DNA of 64,000 nt from the human T2T-CHM13v2.0 reference genome, Homo sapiens. The first letter of the stretch is position 1. Each line of letters begins with the position of its first letter. Position numbers and translations under genes: made by a program. The notes below the pieces were generated by a model, which worked only from the letters and a program-made list of their open reading frames with translations, did no database searches and was not told where the DNA came from. Below are positions 1-16,049 of this stretch, piece after piece. The stretch lies in the NCBI RefSeq assembly GCF_009914755.1, contig NC_060935.1; one strand, given 5' to 3'.

Positions 1-294
1 TTTTTTTTCGAGATGGGGTCTCGCTCTGTCACCCAGGCTGGAGTGCAGTGGCATGATCTTGGTTCACTGCAACTTCTGCCTCAGGGTTCAAGCAATTCTC
101 CTGTCTCAGCCTCCTGAGTAGCTGGGATTACAGGTGCCTGCCAGCACGCTTGGCTAATTTTTGTATTTTTAGTAGCGATGGGGTTTCACGATGTTGGCCA
201 GGCTTGTCTCAAACCCTTGACCTCAAGTAATCTGTCCACCTTGGCCTCCCAAAGTGCTGGGATTACAGACGTGAGCCACTCACCATGCCCGGCC
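1..294 (-). mobile_element. Alu (AluS-type), full dimer, antisense
   Basis: Poly-T at the window start, then the reverse-complement Alu consensus (gagatggggtctcgctctgtcacccaggctggagtgcagtgg ... cccaaagtgctgggattacag ... cccggcc). Confidence 0.97.
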
Positions 295-321
295 TCTTCT
301 CTTTTTTTAAAAAAAAATTTT

Positions 322-637
<316 letters not shown>

Positions 638-1055
638 TTGTGGTAAAAGATGCATAGCATAAAATGTATCATCTTAACCATTTTTGAGTGTATGGTTCAG
701 TAGCATTAAATACATTCCCATTGTTGTGCAACCATCACCACCATTCATCTCCAGAACTCTTTTCATTTTGCAAAACTGAAACTGAATCCCCATTAAACAC
801 TAACTCCTCATTCCTTCCATCCCCGGTCCCTGGAACCCACCTTTGTACCTTCTGTCTTTGTGAATTTGACCACAGTAAGTACCTCCTATACGTGGACTCA
901 TAGAGCATTTGTCTTTTTTGTAACTGGCTTATTTAACTTAGCATAATGTCTTCAAGATTCATGCATGTTGTAGCATATGTCAGAATTTCCTTCCTTTAAA
1001 AGGCTGAATGGTATTCCATTGTATGTATATACCACATTTCATTTGTCCATTCATT
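638..1055 (-). mobile_element. Old L1 (L1MB-like) 3' end
   Basis: Typical antisense L1MB 3'UTR words: ttaaccatttttgagtgtatggttcagtagcattaaatacattc...ttgtgcaaccatcaccacc...ggctgaatggtattccattgtatg. Confidence 0.85.
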
Positions 1056-1897
1056 AGTTTCTTCTTTGTTGTAGTTCATCTGAAAAATGCTGGCAATCTG
1101 CATTTGAGTATTTGAATGTCAAATTGGCTTGAAGGAATAGAGGTGACAGATAATACATCCCTGTGTTTTTCCAAGTTTGTTTCTTTGTCTTTGTACTTAT
1201 CTGACAGCCATGGCAGAGAACTCCACCTACAAAAGTGTGAGTCAAGCTTCCTATCAGGCCTGATTGGGAAAAACCCTGTTCCTTGTATGGATCTCAAAAC
1301 TTTCCTTGTCAATCCCGCCACCCAATTCAGTATTTAACTGAGTTAACATGTAGCCACATGATACTAGCCATAATACTTTTTAGACATTATGCTCAAGCAT
1401 CAGATTCTGCTAAGGTTTACGGGCAGGTGGGAGAGAAGAGGAACTCCAGACCACCACATTCAGACTGTTGGGTCTTGCAAGACAGTGAAGGAGCATTTGC
1501 TGCTTTCATTACCCTTACTCCAGCCCATGCAGCTGTTTCAGTGACTTCCTGCCATTCTTCTCTCCAGACTCACTCCTCTCTCACAGAGCACACCAAATCC
1601 CCCCTTTTCCTTCATGCCTCAACTACATTAAGTCCTCTCTCATAGCCCTAAAAAAAGTGAAGCACAGTGAACCCAGTAAAATGCATGCTTTAGGTTTTGT
1701 CTGTCTCTTACATTCAAAGTAAGTATTAGAAATAAATTTGACTTTTCTACACCAAGGTGAATTGCCCTCAAGTTCCTAAAAACAGCTGTTTTTTTTCACC
1801 TCTGTTCGACTTAATACTACAAGAACAGAGTCGGTTTCACCAAAGTTAGGATACATTGTTCCAATGGATGATCCTCCTGTATGCTAAAACAAGTCTC

Positions 1898-2198
1898 TTT
1901 TATTAATTTTAATTTGTATGGGTACATAATAGGTGTAAATATATTTATGGGTTACATGAGATATTTTGAAACAGGCATGCAATGCATAATAATCACATCA
2001 GGGTAAATGGGGTATCCATCACCTCAAGCATTTATCCTTTGTGTTACAAACAATCCAATTATATTCTTTCAGTTATTTAAAAATGTACTATTAAATTATA
2101 TTTGACTGTAGTTACCCTGTTGTGCTAGCAAATACTAGGTTTTACTCATTCTTTCTATTTTTTGTACCTATTAATCCTCCCCACTTCCTCCCGCTCCC

Positions 2199-2248
<50 letters not shown>

Positions 2249-3851
2249 TCCCGCTACCTTTCCCAGCCTCTGGTAACCTTCCTTCTACTCTCTATCTTCA
2301 TGGGTTCAATTGTTTTAATTTTTAACACCCACAAATAAGTGAGAATATGCAAAGTTTGCCTTTCTGTGCATGGCTTATTTCGCTTAACATTAATGATCTT
2401 CAGTTCCAACCATGTTGTTGCAAGTAACAGGATCTCATTCTCTTACATGGCTGAATAGTACTCTTTCATGTATATATACCACTTTTTCTTTATCCATTCA
2501 TTGGTTGATGGACACTTAGGTTGCTTCCAAATCTTGACTATTATGAATAGTGCTGCAATAAACATAGAAGTGCAGATATCAGAACAATATATTCATTTTA
2601 TTTCTTTGGGGTATATACCCAGCAGTGGGATTGCTGGATTATAATGGAGCTCTATTTTTAGTTTTTTGAGGAACCTCCAAACTGTGATTGTACTTATTTA
2701 CATTCCCACCAGTAGTGAGTGAGGTTTCCCTTTTCTCCACATCCTCACCAGCATTTGTTATTGCCTGTCTTTTGGATATAAGCAATTTTAACTGAGGTGA
2801 GATGACATCTAATTGTAGTTTTGATTTGCATTTCTCTGATGATCATGATGTTCAACAAATTTTTATATGCCTGTTTGCCATTTTTATGTCTTTGGAGAAG
2901 TATCTATTCAAATCTTTTGTCCATTTTTTAATCGTGTCATTAGATTTTTTTCCGATAGGGCTGTTTGAGCTCTTTATATATTCTGGTTATTAATCTTTGG
3001 TCAGATGGGTAGTTTGCAAGTATTTTCTCCCATTCTGTGGATTGTCTCTTCACTTTGTTGATATTTTCCTGTGCTGTGCAGGAGCTTTTTAATGTGATGT
3101 GGTCTCATTTGTCCATTTTTGCTTTGGTTGCTTGTGTTTGTGGGGGTACTATTCAAGAAATCTTTGCACAGTCCATTGTCCTGGAGAGTTTTCCCAGTGT
3201 TTTATTTTAGTGGTTTCATAGTGTGAAGTCTTATATTTAAGTCTTTAATCCGTTTTGATTTGATTTTTGCATATGGCAAGAGAAAGAGTTCTAGTTTCAT
3301 TCTTTTGCATATAGATATCCAGTTTTCCCAGCACCATTTATTGAAGAGACTGTCCCCTCCCCAATGTGTGTTCTTGGCACCTTTGTCAAAAAGAAGTTCA
3401 CTGTAGATGTATGCATTTATCTCTGCATCCTCTATTTTGTTCCACTGATCTATGTGTTAGTTTTAAGCCAGTACCATGCTGTTTTAGTTACTATAGCTCT
3501 GCAGTATAATTTAAAGCCAGGTAATGTGATTCCTCCATTTTTATTCTTTCTGCTTAGGATAGCTTTGACTATTCTGGGTCTTTTGTGGTTCCATATAAAT
3601 TTTAGGATTTTTTTTATTTCTGTGAAGAATATTATTTATGTTTTGATAGGGATTACATTAAATTTGTAGATTGCTTTGTGTAGTATGGATATTTTAATAA
3701 TATTGATTATTTCAATCTATGAAAATAAAATATCTTTCAATTTTTTGTGTGTCTTCTTAAATTTTGGGGGTATTTCTTAAATTTTTTTCCTCTTAAATTT
3801 TTTTGTGAGATTTCGTAAATCAGTGTTTTGAAGTTTTCATTGTAGATATCT
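1898..3851 (-). mobile_element. L1MA-like (L1MA2/3) 3' ~2 kb, 5'-truncated
   Basis: 3' end gggtacataataggtgta...gggtaaatggggtatccatcacctcaagcatttatc, followed by antisense ORF2 sequence (gatatccagttttcccagcaccatttattgaagagactgtcc). Confidence 0.92.
2203..2244. repeat. (CA)n microsatellite (~21 units) inside L1MA
   Basis: Direct reading of an uninterrupted AC run. Confidence 0.98.
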
Positions 3852-4021
3852 GAAACAGTTCCCTTTAAAGCCTACCTTTAAAGTCTAATCGCTTATTAAG
3901 CCTACTATAAAACAATATTGTTTAAGTCATACTAAGTCATAAGAAGAAATACTGGTTTAGAAGAACATATATTCTAGTATATTCAATGTGCATGTGTTAA
4001 TCAAACCTATGTTTTACAATT

Positions 4022-5749
<1,728 letters not shown>

Positions 5750-5851
5750 GAGCCAATGTGCTTAGCCCCTGAGTCTTAAATGGCTGACATTTAAGACTTC
5801 AATAAATGTTAGCTGTACTTGTATTAGCCACTTAAGTCAGTGTCTGTCATT

Positions 5852-5963
5852 TAGGGGGATTACCTGTCCTGATTTGCCTGGGACTCTTCCCATTTTAGCA
5901 CTGCAAGCCTCACATTCCAGGAAACCCTTCAGGCCCAGGCAAATCAGGATAACTAGTTACCCT
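5852..5963. mobile_element. MER81-like hAT non-autonomous element
   Basis: ~110 bp with imperfect terminal inverted repeats (tcctgatttgcctggg ... cccaggcaaatcagga) and internal ttttagcactg...ggaaaccc. Confidence 0.75.
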
Positions 5964-6565
5964 CCACCATACATGAAAATCCACAAATACTAATGACAGT
6001 CATTACTTCTTTAACACTATTGGAAAGCTCCTAAAAATAAAAAAATTAAAATTTTTAAAAAACTATTGCTTAAAGATACTATTTGTATGATAGTGGTTAC
6101 ATAAAAAATTATGAGTCTACTTGGACACCATTCATCACAAGTTGAGGATTAAAGTGAAGGGGCCCTAAAACAACCACTTTTTCTTGTTCATAGTTTCCAA
6201 GTAGACTGAAGATACTAAATAGATTAGTATATAATTTAACCTATGTAATATTCTTTTAAAATTAAAACATATTATCAAAATACATTGATATTTTAAAAAC
6301 ACTAAAATATTAAACAAATGAAATATGAATAAAACACAGAAAGTGTACCTTTTTTGTGTGTTTATGAATAACTTTAGTGTGACTCTCTCACAATGCTAAG
6401 CTCAGGTAGTTTTTAAACAAAATCTGATTAATAATCCTATGTTAGTATGTTTTTTAACCTGCTCTTTCCTTTGATTTCATAGAAAGTAGCTTTATTTTTC
6501 TCAGTTATTCTGAAGAAAATATCCCTTTTGTTATTTTTATTTTTAAATTCCTAAGTAGACCTTAC

Positions 6566-6660
6566 CCATTGAGGGTCTCTACGGAACTCCATCTGTCTCT
6601 GAGAAACTCTCCTCCTTGCATTAAAATGAAATAATTCTGTTGTTAGCTGTCCTTTCAAGA
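6566..6660 (-). other. Candidate alternative exon of the minus-strand host gene
   Basis: Minus strand: donor ATGG|GTAAGG at 6566/6565 and possible acceptor aattctttag| at 6661; non-repetitive context. Confidence 0.3.
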
Positions 6661-7034
6661 CTAAAGAATTGTGTGGCATCATTCTGCTGTAGCTGATTTC
6701 AAATAAAGTTCTTATGCTGGAGTTGGATAAATAACAACTTTTAAGAATCCAGAATTTTTTAAAATATAAAATTAACATAGGTTACATACAAAGTTAATCA
6801 TTTAACAATTACAAGCAAACACATTTCTTCAAAATGTCTATATCATGTCAAAACAATTGGTCATATTGTAAAAAAATCAGCCAAATAAAATTTCATGAAT
6901 GAAATTGATTACTAAAACCTTTTACTTTTTGATAAGTTGCATTTCTTTCATTTTGATATGACATAGCTTGGACATTTGTAGCTTCATGGGTAAAAAAAAC
7001 TGTAATAGAATTTAAAAATCCTTAGATTTATATT

Positions 7035-7088
7035 TGTGTGTGTGTCTGTGTGTATGTGTGTGTGTGTGTGTGTGTGTGTCTGTGTGTC
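7035..7088. repeat. Imperfect (TG)n microsatellite
   Basis: Direct reading. Confidence 0.95.
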
Positions 7089-10000
7089 TGCAGCCATTTT
7101 TAATTACATACACACATCCTCAGATATCAAAGATTTATTTCAGGAGAAAGAAAAGAATATGCAATACATAGTATATCTATAGTTGTTATATTTAATACAC
7201 TTAACAGTTTTTATATTTAAAATGTCTGGATGCAATTTCTCTTCAAAAATGTTAAATACCAAGGACACATCTATATTTTTTGGTAAGATACTATCTATTG
7301 AAAGTGCCATGCAGGACAGATATAAAAGTAGCTTGACCAAGTCTGAATTCTCACTAATCTCAGGTGAAGGAAGCCATTTGCTATTGATAAAGCTAGTTAA
7401 TCTCCAGAGTACAACCTGGGCTTTATGTATTTTTAGATGAGAATCACAAAAATTGATCTGCACTTGCTTCTCATACAAGCTTCAAGTGCCGGCTGCAATA
7501 AAATCTATGACTGTGATTCAAAGTATACTTCCAGTCTGCATGAAGAAAGAGACTCCAATGCTGCTAAAAATGAATTATCTTCTTTCTTCAATTTTGAAAA
7601 TGCCTTAGAAAAATTAACTAATTAACAGATGCATCTGATGAGAAATCCTGTAGACTATCACTCAGAGATCTTCTATTGTATATGATGTAATACATTACCA
7701 CTACAATAGAAAATTATCTTAGCTCTTAACAATTCTTAGAAGCTATGTAGAAACTGAGACTGATTCCATGTAGCATTAAGAAAAAAGATTCCCAAGTAGC
7801 AAACTCCTTCATCCTTTACTTAGGCCAAGGAAATTATGACCTAAAAACAAAATCAAACAAAACAAACAAAAAAGAACCACAAGTTAAAAAAAGAAGAAAC
7901 CTAACCCACAGGCGTTTACTTGCAGCTGAGATTGATCTTAAGGTTAGCAGGTATAAAACGTAGTAATGACTACTACCAATGCTGCTTTAATTTTTTGAAA
8001 GAGGAAATTCTCATGGGCTAGATGATTTTTGTGTGTGTGTGGGGGATGAATGATGGCTTTGTGTTCCTGAAATAGGAGGTTAGGAAGATGGGTTTTCAAA
8101 TTCTTGGTTTATGCAGTGTGTAAATAGTGAAAATAGTTATTTATATTTACATCTTGATAAGACACAGGCTTTCTCTAAAACACATTCTACAATGTACCTA
8201 AAATCATGTTTTTTTCCAGCACCTAACACAGTACCTGGTACTCAAAATGCATCTGTTGAGGGAGTAGAAACATAAATGACACCCGATAAATATTTGTATT
8301 TATATTATCACAGAAGTCTATACATTTGCAACCTTGGTTTTGATCATGTCTACCAGGGTGTTACTAGGGACTCCACATGTACAAAGCCTAATTACAATGT
8401 ACACTAGAGGAACTCTTAAGGCAAACTGCTATGTGTATCTGTACTATAGAAATCAAGTTCAAAATAGTACCAGATAAAATTTGGCTTAAATTTACGAACA
8501 CATTTTTGTTTACAAGTTAATGTACATACATTTTTACTATTTGAATAAAACTACATGTGAATCATAGACCCATTTTTGTTCCATTGACTTGAACAGTACG
8601 TTTGACATCTCACAAATACTGTGAACAATGTTCTTTCCAAATCAACCGTATGAATACGGAGAACAAACCTACTTTTACATTGCAGTTCATGTAAAGTCTG
8701 CCAAGTCTAATACGGTATAATTGACTCTAGTTAGCTCTCTCACCAACGGAATTATTCTTTACCTTGGGTGAATAACACTTTAAAAAGTAATGTAGTTTAG
8801 AATTAAAAGAAAATAGAAAAAGTGTGCTTTCATTTTGGTTCCTCTAGCTACAGTTCTCACAGGGCTAAGTAAGATCCAAACTAGGAAAACTGACATAAAA
8901 CATGAAATTGACAAGGAAGTTGCGTGCATAAAAGTAAATGACTGCTACCTCATGTGATTACTGAAACCTCATTATGTTCTACACACACACATTTATATAC
9001 ATACATTAAAACTAACTTACATATGTACAACAAACTTACTGGAGTGCAATTACTAAGGTGGTATGTCTGATTATGAAGAAAAGCATCCAGACCTATTCTT
9101 CAAAGAACTTGACAACTAAAATGGTTTGCATTAAAATACCTGCTTACCAGTGATGACAGAGTAACTGATACACAACTAATTTTCCTGTCATAAATAGCTA
9201 TAAAATTGGACAAAGTATATGAAATAACCATTTTAAGATGTTGTACGACAGGCAATGCAAAATAGTGGTTACTGCATAAAGAAAACTAAAAAAAGTTAGC
9301 TCAACAATCTCCCTGGCTTTCTGTTTGGAGGCATTTTCTGAACTGCAGTGGAAGGAGAGGAAACCCAGAGCACAGTGGTAATTTTTTGGGCTAAGGGGAA
9401 AGAGAACAGAATTTGGAGCTCCAGTATTTGCTAGAATGTATGAGTCAGGGTCCAAATAAAAGGGAGCTGTACAGAGCAGGAGCTTCAGAAATCTATAATG
9501 AGGACCCTTGAGTGTTTGACAGGAAACACAGCTTCACATGGGCAAGCCAAGAAAATATGAGGTCCAGCATAGAACAACTACTGAGCAAAGACAGCTACTA
9601 CAGGAAGAAAAACTACTGAGGAGCTGTGAATAGAACAAGTACTATAGCCTGCACAGGCTGAGAGACATTTAAGTTCCAACCAATTAGAGAGCAGAGACCT
9701 CTCTAAACACCCACAGTTCTTAGTAGAGTCCAGAAAGGCCATGCCTTAGAAGGAAAAATTTATCCCTAGAGTAAAGGCTACTCTAGGGCTGCTCTAACAA
9801 AATTTTACTAAGGATCAAAAGAATCAAGATGGTTTAATTTAACTGCTTTCTGGAACAAAACTTAACACTTTATTAAGAAGGAGACTAAAATCAGACACCA
9901 TAGGAACTATAACGTTCAGCACAAAATCAGGAATTACTTGATGTGTAAAGACCGCAGCAGAATAGAAACAAACTCAGAAAAGAAAGAGATAATGGAATTA

Positions 10001-10140
10001 ATAGAAAATAGCTTTAAAACAACTACTATTACTATGTTAAAGATTTAAAGGGAAATGTGAATAAAGTGAGGAAACAAGTAGAGAAACAGAATGGAGAATG
10101 GAAATTTTATAAAAGAACATAAAAGAAAAAAGAAATCCTC

Positions 10141-10292
10141 AGCTGGGTGTGGTGGCTCACACCTATATTTTCAGCACTTTGGGAGGCCAAACTGGGAGGA
10201 TCACTTGAGGCCAGGAGTTTCAGACCAACCTGGTCAACATAGCAAGATGTCATCTCTAAAAATAAAATAAAATAAAATAAAATAATGCAATA
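10141..10292 (+). mobile_element. FLAM / free left Alu monomer with (TAAAA)n tail, nested in L1M
   Basis: gctgggtgtggtggctcacacc...ggatcacttgaggccaggagtt...caacatagcaaga...tctctaaaaataaaataaaa; there is no right monomer. Confidence 0.9.
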
Positions 10293-11472
10293 AAATAGAA
10301 GAATAAAAAATAAATCATAGAACTTTGTTCCCCCCTCTAAAAAATACATGAAATGAAAATTTCCCTGGATGAGTTTAACAGCAAAAGAAAAGATGAGTGA
10401 ATGTGAACAGAAAAATAGAAATGAGTCAAACTGAAGCAGAGAGTTAAGTGGACTGAAAAAATTAACTGAGCCTCAATGACCTGTGACAATATCTAATTAC
10501 ATGCATGGAATTGGCATACTAGAGGGAGAGACAAGAGGGGGAGAGCAGAAAAATGTTTGAAACAATGGTGGTTGAAGATTTTCTAAATTTGATAAAAACT
10601 ATACACTCAGAGATCCAAAAAAGCTTAATAAATTCCAAGAAGGAAAAATCTGTAGAAAATAACTCCAAAGCATATCATCACTCATTAGCTGAAAGTCAGT
10701 AATAGTAAGAAAACTATTAAAAGAAGACAGAGAAAATAGACATATTACACACAGCAAAAACAATCATAAGAAAAACTACTGACTTCTCATTAAAAACAAT
10801 GCAGGTGAAAAGACAATAGAAGGACAATTTTTAAGTGCTAGAAGGAAACTGTCAACAATCAATATCCAGTGAAAACTACTCCTCCAAAATGAAGAGAAAA
10901 TAAAACTACTTTTTTTCTGCTTTCTTCATTTATTTTTCTCAGTAAAATTACACATGATTGGATGTTAGACAGTTTTCTTTGAATATTAGCTAGAAAATTT
11001 TGACATATTTTAGTGCCTGAGTCTTCATGATACATTATTTTTTTGACCAAAACAATTAATAAAAAACTAAAAATTTGTCACCAGCTGGCCTGCGTTACAA
11101 AAAATGTCAAAGGAAACTTTTAAGGTTGAAGGAAAATAATTTCAGATGGAAATTCAGTTCATAAAGGAATAAAAAGCGCTTGGAATAGCCATTAGATAGG
11201 TAAATATATAATATGTTTTTGTTTTTTAATTTTTTGAAAGATAATTCATTGTTTAAGGAAAAAATAATACCAATGAATTGTGAGGTTTCTTTAAACATGT
11301 AGAAGTTAAATGTGTGACAAAAATAGAAAAAAGTACAGGAGGGGAAACTTTTAATTTCCTTGTGTTTTACAAACAGTGGGATAGTATTAATGCAAGGCAG
11401 ACTATGATAAGTAAAAGATCCATATGTAAGTCCTGTAACAACCATTAAAAATAACATTAAAAAATAAATACA

Positions 11473-11475
<3 letters not shown>

Positions 11476-11518
<43 letters not shown>
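11476..11518. repeat. (TA)n microsatellite (~21 units)
   Basis: Direct reading. Confidence 0.98.
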
Positions 11519-11519
<1 letters not shown>

Positions 11520-14127
11520 CCAATAGGAGATGTAAAATGGAATAGTAAAAAATAATCTAAAATTAGTCAGAAAAGAGGGGAAAAAAGAATAAAATACATA
11601 TGGGAAAAATATAAAACAAATAGCAATATGGAAGTCTTTAGTCCAACTATTTTAATAAACATATTAAATGTAAATGAACCAAATATTTTACTAAAAGGTG
11701 AAACTGTGAGACCTTATTAAAAAGCATCACCAAATATGTGCTATTTACAAGAGACTCACATATAATGTAAAGACACATTTAGCTTAGAAATGAAAATGAT
11801 TGGAGAAAGGTATACTATGAAAACACTAATTCTAAGAATGATGGAGTAGCTCTAATTATATTAGACAAAGAAGACTTCAGGAAAATTAGTTTTACCAGAG
11901 ATAAAGAGGGATATTTCATAATGATAAAAGTGTCAAATCATAAAGAAGCCACAGTAATCATAACAGTGCATGCATCTAATAACAGAGCATCAAAATTCAT
12001 GAAGCATAAATAAATAGAACAAAAAAGAGAAATAGACAAATTCAAAATTACATTTGGAGGTTTTCACACTCTTATCTCAGTTGACAGAATAACTAGACAT
12101 AAAATCAATAATCATATAGAAGGTTTGAATCATCCTATCAACAAACACAATTCTAAGTATGTTTATAAAACACTCTTCCCAACAATCAGAAAATCCACAT
12201 TCTTTTCAAGTGTTCATAAAACATTCACCAAGATAAACCTTGTGCTAGGCCATAAGACAAATCTCAATATGTTTAAAATAATTTAAATCATTTAGAGAAT
12301 GTTCTCTGACCACAACAGGATTAAATTAAGAATCAATTGCAAAATGTATTTGAAAAATCTTTCAATATCTGGAAATTAATTAAAATGCTTACTAAGACAT
12401 AGGTCAGATACAAAATTAAAAGGAAATTAGAAAATATTTTGAACTAAATGAAATAAAAATATGACATATCAAAATTTGTAAGATGAAGTTAAAGCAGAAA
12501 GAAACAAGGTTTTAAATATTTACATTAGGAAAAAAGAATGGTTTAAAAACGGTGATCTAAGAGTCTGCCATAAGGAACTAGAAAAATCAGGATAAATCAA
12601 CCCAAAGTAAAAATGAGGAGGGAAATAATAAGGATAAGAGCAGATATTTCTTAAATAGAAAATTGACAAATAATTGAAAAACTAAAAAAAGTTAATTCTT
12701 TTAAAAGATTAATAAAATTGATACCTCCTAGCTATACTCATTAAGAAAAAAGAGAAAATATAAATTATCAATATTACAAATGAAAAAGGAAATATTATTA
12801 CAGATTACTCAAACCAGAAACACAGTAAGTGAATACTATTAACAACTTTGTGAGTAAAAATTTGGCAATTTACATTAAAAGAACAAGTCTCTTGAAGAAT
12901 ACAATTAAACTTAACACAAGAAGAAATAAAAAATCAGAATAGCCCTATATCTATTAACAAATTTATTCATAATTTTAAAACCTTTCCACAAGAAAACTCC
13001 AAACTTAGATGGCTTCACTGGTAAAGCCTATCAATTAAGAAAGAAATAATACAAATTGCATTTAAACTCTTTCAAAAATATAAAAGAAAGGAACACTTCC
13101 CAATTCATTTTATGAGGCCAGTGTTAACTTGATACCAAGCCATTCACATACATTACAAAAAAAGAAAGGTACAGATTAATACCTTTCAATAACACAGATA
13201 CAGAAGTCCTCAAGAAAATATGATCAGCCCACATCCAGGAATACATAAAAAGGCGAATACATCATGACCTAGTGGGATTATACCAGAAATCCAAAGCTGT
13301 TTTAACACTCAAAATAAAATGAATGTTAGTAAACATATTGGCAGGATAAAATAATGAAAAATCACTTGATTATCTCATTAGTTGAAGAAAAAGCATTTGA
13401 TGAAATTCAACAGCCAACTATAATGATAGCAGTAACAATAATAGTAACCACCAGAAAATTAGATATAAAAGAAAATTTTCTCAATCTGATAAAGTCCACT
13501 TATTTTTTACAAATAGAAATAATACTATATTTAATTATAAAATACTGAATGCTTTTCCCTTAGGAAACAAAGCAAGGATGTCCATTCTTAGCACTCTTAT
13601 TCATCCTTGTACTAGAGGTCCCCAGCCAGTAAAATAGGACAATATAAATAAACAAAATGCATAAGGACCGAAAAGAAAAGAGCAAAACTCTTTTGAATTA
13701 CTGGTGACATAATATATAGAAAATTCTAAGGAGTCTTTAAAAAAATCCTAATAAGCTGATTTAGTATTATCACAGAATACAATGTTTACATACAAAAGTC
13801 AATTGCTTTACTGCATACTAGCAATCAAAACTTGAAAAATGAAACTATAAACATACCATTTACAATATCATAAAAACAAAAAAAGTATAGAAATTGGAAA
13901 AGTGTGGTATTGCTGTAAAGATGAACGAATAGATTAATGAACCACACAAACACACCGCAAACATCTACCAGCTGCTCAGTTCACCCACATCCACCCGTGT
14001 ATTATGAGTCAAACACAACCTCATCTGGTGTTACTCTGTCTCATTTCAGATAACCCACCTTCTTCCACCAGACAAGAACTGAAAGTTGAAAATAAATTTA
14101 CACCTATATGATCTATTAATTCTGAAC

Positions 14128-14340
14128 AAGGTGTGGCCTCTAGACGCTGAAAAGGGCAAGAAAATGAATTTCTCACTAGAGTTTCCAGAAGAAATGGAGC
14201 CATGCCAACAGCTTGATTTCAGCCCAGTGAGATCCATGTCAGAATTCTGACCTCTAGAACTGTAAGATAATAAGTTTCTGTTGTTTTAATCCACTAAACT
14301 TGTGTTCATTTTTGTTAATTAGAAATAGGAAACTAATAAA
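14128..14340 (+). mobile_element. MLT1 (MLT1D-like) MaLR LTR, 3' part
   Basis: ttgatttcagcccagtgagatcc...ttctgacctctagaactgtaagataataagtttctgttgttttaatccactaa...aggaaactaata. Confidence 0.85.
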
Positions 14341-14359
14341 CTAGCTCAAGAAATAGTAT

Positions 14360-14765
14360 CTTCATTAATTTATTTAGATAATTTTCAGATAATATTACTC
14401 TGTGAGTCTGTTTCATGCCAGCACTGACCTAGGCATGGAGATTTGGGATTAAAATGCATAGCTCTTAACTTGAAAGTTGGGATCTAAAAGCAATGACAAA
14501 TAATTCCTTCCAAATGTAGCAAAAACTATGATAAAGCTAAGCACAAAATGCTGTGAGAGCACGTATAAGAGGCATTTAACCAAACTGAGGAGGAAATAAT
14601 AGCCAGGAAGACTTCCTGAAAGAAGTGATATTTTAACCAAAGTCTAAATGATTAGTAGAAATTAATCTGGCAAAGACGGAAAGTGAGAATTTAATAAAAG
14701 TAACGTTGAGTTCTAAGAGCCATAAGAGAACTTGGCACATCCAGGGAACTGTGAGTAGTTTGCTA
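14360..14765 (-). mobile_element. L2 fragment
   Basis: tgccagcactgacctaggcatggagat...ggaagacttcctgaaagaagtgata, typical antisense L2 words. Confidence 0.6.
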
Positions 14766-14971
14766 CTCACCGAGAAGTAAAATGAAATGCATAAGCAATC
14801 ATGGGCAAATATACAGTTAAGATGTAAACCTTAAGCAGAAAGAAATTATTAATATTGATTTAATTATTATTGAGTTATCATTTACCTGTTGCAAAATGCA
14901 GATTTTAGGGGTTACAGTATGATTATATTTGGCTATTGAATTTGCTTACATAACCCATATCCCAACAAGAT

Positions 14972-15320
14972 ACAGTCAATTCTACCCTAATATGAAATAT
15001 GCATTCCTAAAAATCGCCATTGCCACATAAAATCATGCAATAAAAGTCACATCATAAGGTTTAGCACAAAAATGAGACTGGGCAAAACATTCAAACACTT
15101 CATCAGTGACACATAAAAATATGTAGGAGCCTAATAAAAACACTAGTGCAGTTTTACACATGTTATGCGATTAGGAAGTTCATAAATGCTACAATAAATA
15201 TGGCACTTTACCTTGAAAAAGGCCTGAAGCTGGTTTGTGTGGGAGTGGACATCAGAAGGGTTGCAGCTTGTGAGTTTTTGTGAGGTGGAGGAAGGAGGGT
15301 TATCTGAAAGCAAAGTTGAT
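14972..15320. mobile_element. TcMar-Tigger family fragment
   Basis: TA followed by a Tigger-like terminus cagtcaattct...tatgcattcctaaaaatc...aaaatcatgcaataaaa. Confidence 0.5.
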
Positions 15321-16049
15321 CTTATAAAAATTTTAAAACATAGGCATTCAGCATCAGGCTTTTATAAGCATAAAAATGATCAGAACTATAGTCACTAGAC
15401 ATATTAGCAATTGTTCTTACAAGGACCAAAGCTTGGCCCAAAGAAGGAAAAACCTTTCTCCTGATTTTCTCATTGTCAAACTGACGCAAATAGGCTCTTC
15501 CTAACTGTTTTTATTTATATAATAAGGATAGCCAAAGGAAAAGAAACACAGGATAGAGGGATGTAAACAAGATGGCTTAATAATCAGAGGGGTCTGAACC
15601 CATCATAGTTTATTTGTGTGAATGCTGTCTCAAAGTAATTACTGTTTATAGGCTCAAAAATGGCAAGATTTTGCAGGCACTTGACTGTGTCCTTCACGTT
15701 TTAACTCCCAACACAATTCTTTGGTCTTTCTTTTTTGACACCTTTATCCCTGTGTTAATATCTAATCTAAAGCCTAATATCAGTGTCTGTTCTAAGAAAG
15801 CTGCTTTTTCTTTAGTTGAATAACACCTTTCAGATGAGACCTTATTTTATATCCACAGGGATGGGGGCAGATCATATAAAATAACAAAGAAACACTAATC
15901 TGGTAGTTAAGTAACCTAAATTCTTGTCCTGGTTTTCTCACCAACTTAAATTCTGAAATCTCATCTGCAAAAATAAGGTGATTAACCTTGTCTGTCTTTA
16001 AGGTCCATTTAAGTTCTATACTTCTATGACCATTATTAACAAACATTAT

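Larger units (their letters stand above)
9150..13970 (+). mobile_element. Old decayed L1M (L1MC/MD/ME-type) spanning 5' region, ORF1 remnant and much of ORF2
   Basis: A-rich sense strand with degenerate ORF2 words (ctatttacaagagactcac, gagataaagagggatatttcataatgataaaag, ttctctgaccacaacaggattaaatta, gatggcttcactggtaaa, gaaaaagcatttgatgaaattcaa); no long ORF remains. Confidence 0.88.

Noticed and set aside
7140-7625. Overlapping short ORFs that looked like a processed-pseudogene or terminal-exon remnant
   Set aside because: No recognisable homology, poly-A tail or TSD.
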